Below are positions 62,168-64,000 of a DNA stretch of 64,000 nucleotides, one piece after another. The notes beneath the pieces were generated by a model. That model saw only the letters and a program-made list of their open reading frames with translations. It did no database searches and had not been told where the DNA came from. How positions within the stretch are numbered: the stretch's first letter is position 1; every line of letters starts with the position of its first letter. Both the position numbers and the translations under genes were made by a program. Origin of the DNA: a virus. Taxonomy: Duplodnaviria; Caudoviricetes. The stretch lies in the IMG/VR virus record IMGVR_UViG_3300025437_000009. One strand, given 5' to 3'.

Positions 62168-64000
62168 TTAAGATGAAGCGTGTAATATCTTTTCCGAAGT
62201 GGAGTGTTGATCTTTCATTACATCAATCATTTCTTCCAATTTGTCCAGCATGGAATTAAAAATGGTATTCTTGTCCAAAGGTATAATCATTTCATTACCA
62301 TGTAGACGTGCTGGATAACCCGATGATGGCCCAGAAACCATTGCACCGTCAGCCGCTGAAACTTCAGCATGCATATGATCACCGGTATTGTTTTTACTTT
62401 TAGTAATATACTCATCTAGTATGTTAGTGAAACCCAGTTTTGACAGCTCTGCTTTATAATCTGCAGTTTGCTCAGGTTTATATCCCGGAATTTTAAAGTC
62501 TATGCCCAGTCCGCGCCCGTGTGGGTCTGGTGATTTATGTGCGTCAAAAATATCTGAATCGTTCAGTGCTGTAATTGTACTACCAGCAAACATAGGATCT
62601 GCTGCTAATTTATTAAGTTTGTCTTGTAGTGACTGCGATATTTTACCAGAACCTTGACGGCCATTTACACCAAGTCCAGCTGGTATAGTAGGATCCACAC
62701 CAGTAGCAGGTGCACCAGGTACATAACCACGACCTCTACCAGCGTTCTGGGTTCCGCCAAAGAAACCTTTAACTGCATTTTTAGCACCCTCTATCTGCGC
62801 TTGTGCAGCAGCTTGTGTTCCTTGACCACGACCCACTGGTGGAGTTCCCCCACCTCCTGCACCCCCACCCCCACCGGGTACTGCTTTGAATCCAGCTTCT
62901 TTGAGTATTTTACCTGTTTGTTCTAAAATAGTTTTAGCAACATTGTGGAACCCTTGAAAATCAGTTAATACTTGATTCAAAGTTTTTTGAACTTCTAATT
63001 GAGTTTTCTGATTTTCTAAAACAGTTTTAGCATATTCTTCAGTAGCCCCGCCGGCGGTTTCAACCGACTTTAACATCCGTGCCATTGTTTCGGCCGGATC
63101 GGCTTTTTCAAGTTTGGTATAGAATTCAATATTATTTTGTATACCCGCTGCTTGTTGGCCGTAGGCGCTATTAACCATTGCTGCTTGACCAATGGATTGC
63201 TCAGTCAAGCCAAATTGTTCTCTAATAGCGCCAGCATGCTTTTGGTTAATATCAATTAGCATTCGGGCACTATCACCGGACTTGATATTAGTGTCGTTTA
63301 CAACAGCAATGCCTTCGTTTAATGCCGCATATAAATCATCAGACTGGGATACTAGTTTAGCATTTTCGCCTGTGACTGCGCCCAAACCATACATTTCGGC
63401 GGCGGCTTCTCTAGCACTTGGTGCCAACGTTGAAAGATAATATTGAAATTTTAAAAATGCGTCTGGGCCCGCAGCACGTAGTTTGGCATCAACTGCTGCT
63501 TGTATTGTTAATTTTTTTGCTTGTTCTTGCGCGGCTTTGGCGTTTTCACCAGTTATTGCACTAATTAATCTAGTGTTTTCAAGGTATTTGGCTGTCTGTT
63601 CAGCCAAGTTAGCATAGTCTGTTGATTGTTTTCTTTCATAGGTACCATACATGCCTAAGAATTTAGCAGTACCATCTGCAACGTCGTCAATACTGTAACC
63701 AAGTTTAAGTAACTGTTTTATAGCGCCATCAGGAGCCATAAGAATACGACTGACCTGTTTAAATGCTGAAACACCTTGTGTTGCAGTACCACCAAACTGT
63801 GATAGTCCTTCGGCATTTTCAGTAACAGCTTTCGAAAACTGCTCTAAGGTTAGGCCAGCATCAAGACTGCCTTGACGCAGACCCATAAAGCTGTCGGTAA
63901 AAACTATGCCAGCATTAGCGGCTCCCGAAAAAGCCTTAGTTGTACGTTGGATTTCTCTAACAGCCGCATCAATACCAGCTTTCTTTAGTTCAGTAAACGA
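62168..64000 (-). CDS. tape-measure-like tail protein, 5'-truncated, with C-terminal M15/LAS-type peptidase-like domain
   Basis: Frame is open to base 64000; helical Ala/Gln-rich body; H..G.G.DF...HMH motif; GPSSGYPARLHGNEMIIPL end motif. Confidence 0.65.
   Translation of the reverse strand, partial: SFTELKKAGIDAAVREIQRTTKAFSGAANAGIVFTDSFMGLRQGSLDAGLTLEQFSKAVTENAEGLSQFGGTATQGVSAFKQVSRILMAPDGAIKQLLKLGYSIDDVADGTAKFLGMYGTYERKQSTDYANLAEQTAKYLENTRLISAITGENAKAAQEQAKKLTIQAAVDAKLRAAGPDAFLKFQYYLSTLAPSAREAAAEMYGLGAVTGENAKLVSQSDDLYAALNEGIAVVNDTNIKSGDSARMLIDINQKHAGAIREQFGLTEQSIGQAAMVNSAYGQQAAGIQNNIEFYTKLEKADPAETMARMLKSVETAGGATEEYAKTVLENQKTQLEVQKTLNQVLTDFQGFHNVAKTILEQTGKILKEAGFKAVPGGGGGAGGGGTPPVGRGQGTQAAAQAQIEGAKNAVKGFFGGTQNAGRGRGYVPGAPATGVDPTIPAGLGVNGRQGSGKISQSLQDKLNKLAADPMFAGSTITALNDSDIFDAHKSPDPHGRGLGIDFKIPGYKPEQTADYKAELSKLGFTNILDEYITKSKNNTGDHMHAEVSAADGAMVSGPSSGYPARLHGNEMIIPLDKNTIFNSMLDKLEEMIDVMKDQHSTSEKILHASS

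Noticed and set aside
5616-63440. Numerous plus-strand ORFs antisense to real genes (e.g. 11496-11960, 16763-17188, 22711-23136, 42740-43135)
   Set aside because: Shadow frames of the coding strand, without motifs or expression signals
1-64000. Stop-codon reassignment as in some large phages
   Set aside because: Core genes are full length in code 11; TAG ends genes (e.g. 35000), TGA ends genes in ATGA overlaps, and no suppressor tRNA is present

Overview
This window is from a large T4-like (myovirus) bacteriophage, almost entirely on the minus strand and in the standard genetic code. From the right end, in the direction of transcription: (1) 3' part of a tape-measure-like gene, a GIY-YIG endonuclease, and the head module (portal, acidic core protein, prohead protease, scaffold, major capsid); (2) an SGNH/GT10-like cassette; (3) about 16 kb of modular Thr/Ser/Gly-rich fibre and adhesin genes; (4) neck and tail genes (gp13/14/15, sheath, tube), dNMP kinase, an exonuclease, gp4 and large terminase; (5) a second GT10-like/SGNH cassette; (6) an ssb...uvsX...uvsY operon tightly interleaved with a sulfotransferase-like gene, two radical SAM genes, an SDR, a 2OG-Fe(II)-like gene, a glycosyltransferase and a methyltransferase; (7) a tRNA region. 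The strongest unexplained signal is at 435-1106: a perfect sigma70 promoter, a 40-codon leader ORF, and mutually exclusive antiterminator/terminator hairpins (a ribosome-sensing attenuator layout), upstream of a 56-aa ORF, a ~260-nt structured RNA and tRNAs for Tyr, Gly, Trp and Gly. Other highlights: an apparent phage glycan or small-molecule modification programme, a class-II CAU tRNA, leaderless late genes, an orphan fibre C-terminus, and structured 5' leaders. All product calls are by-eye motif recognition; no database or folding software was run.
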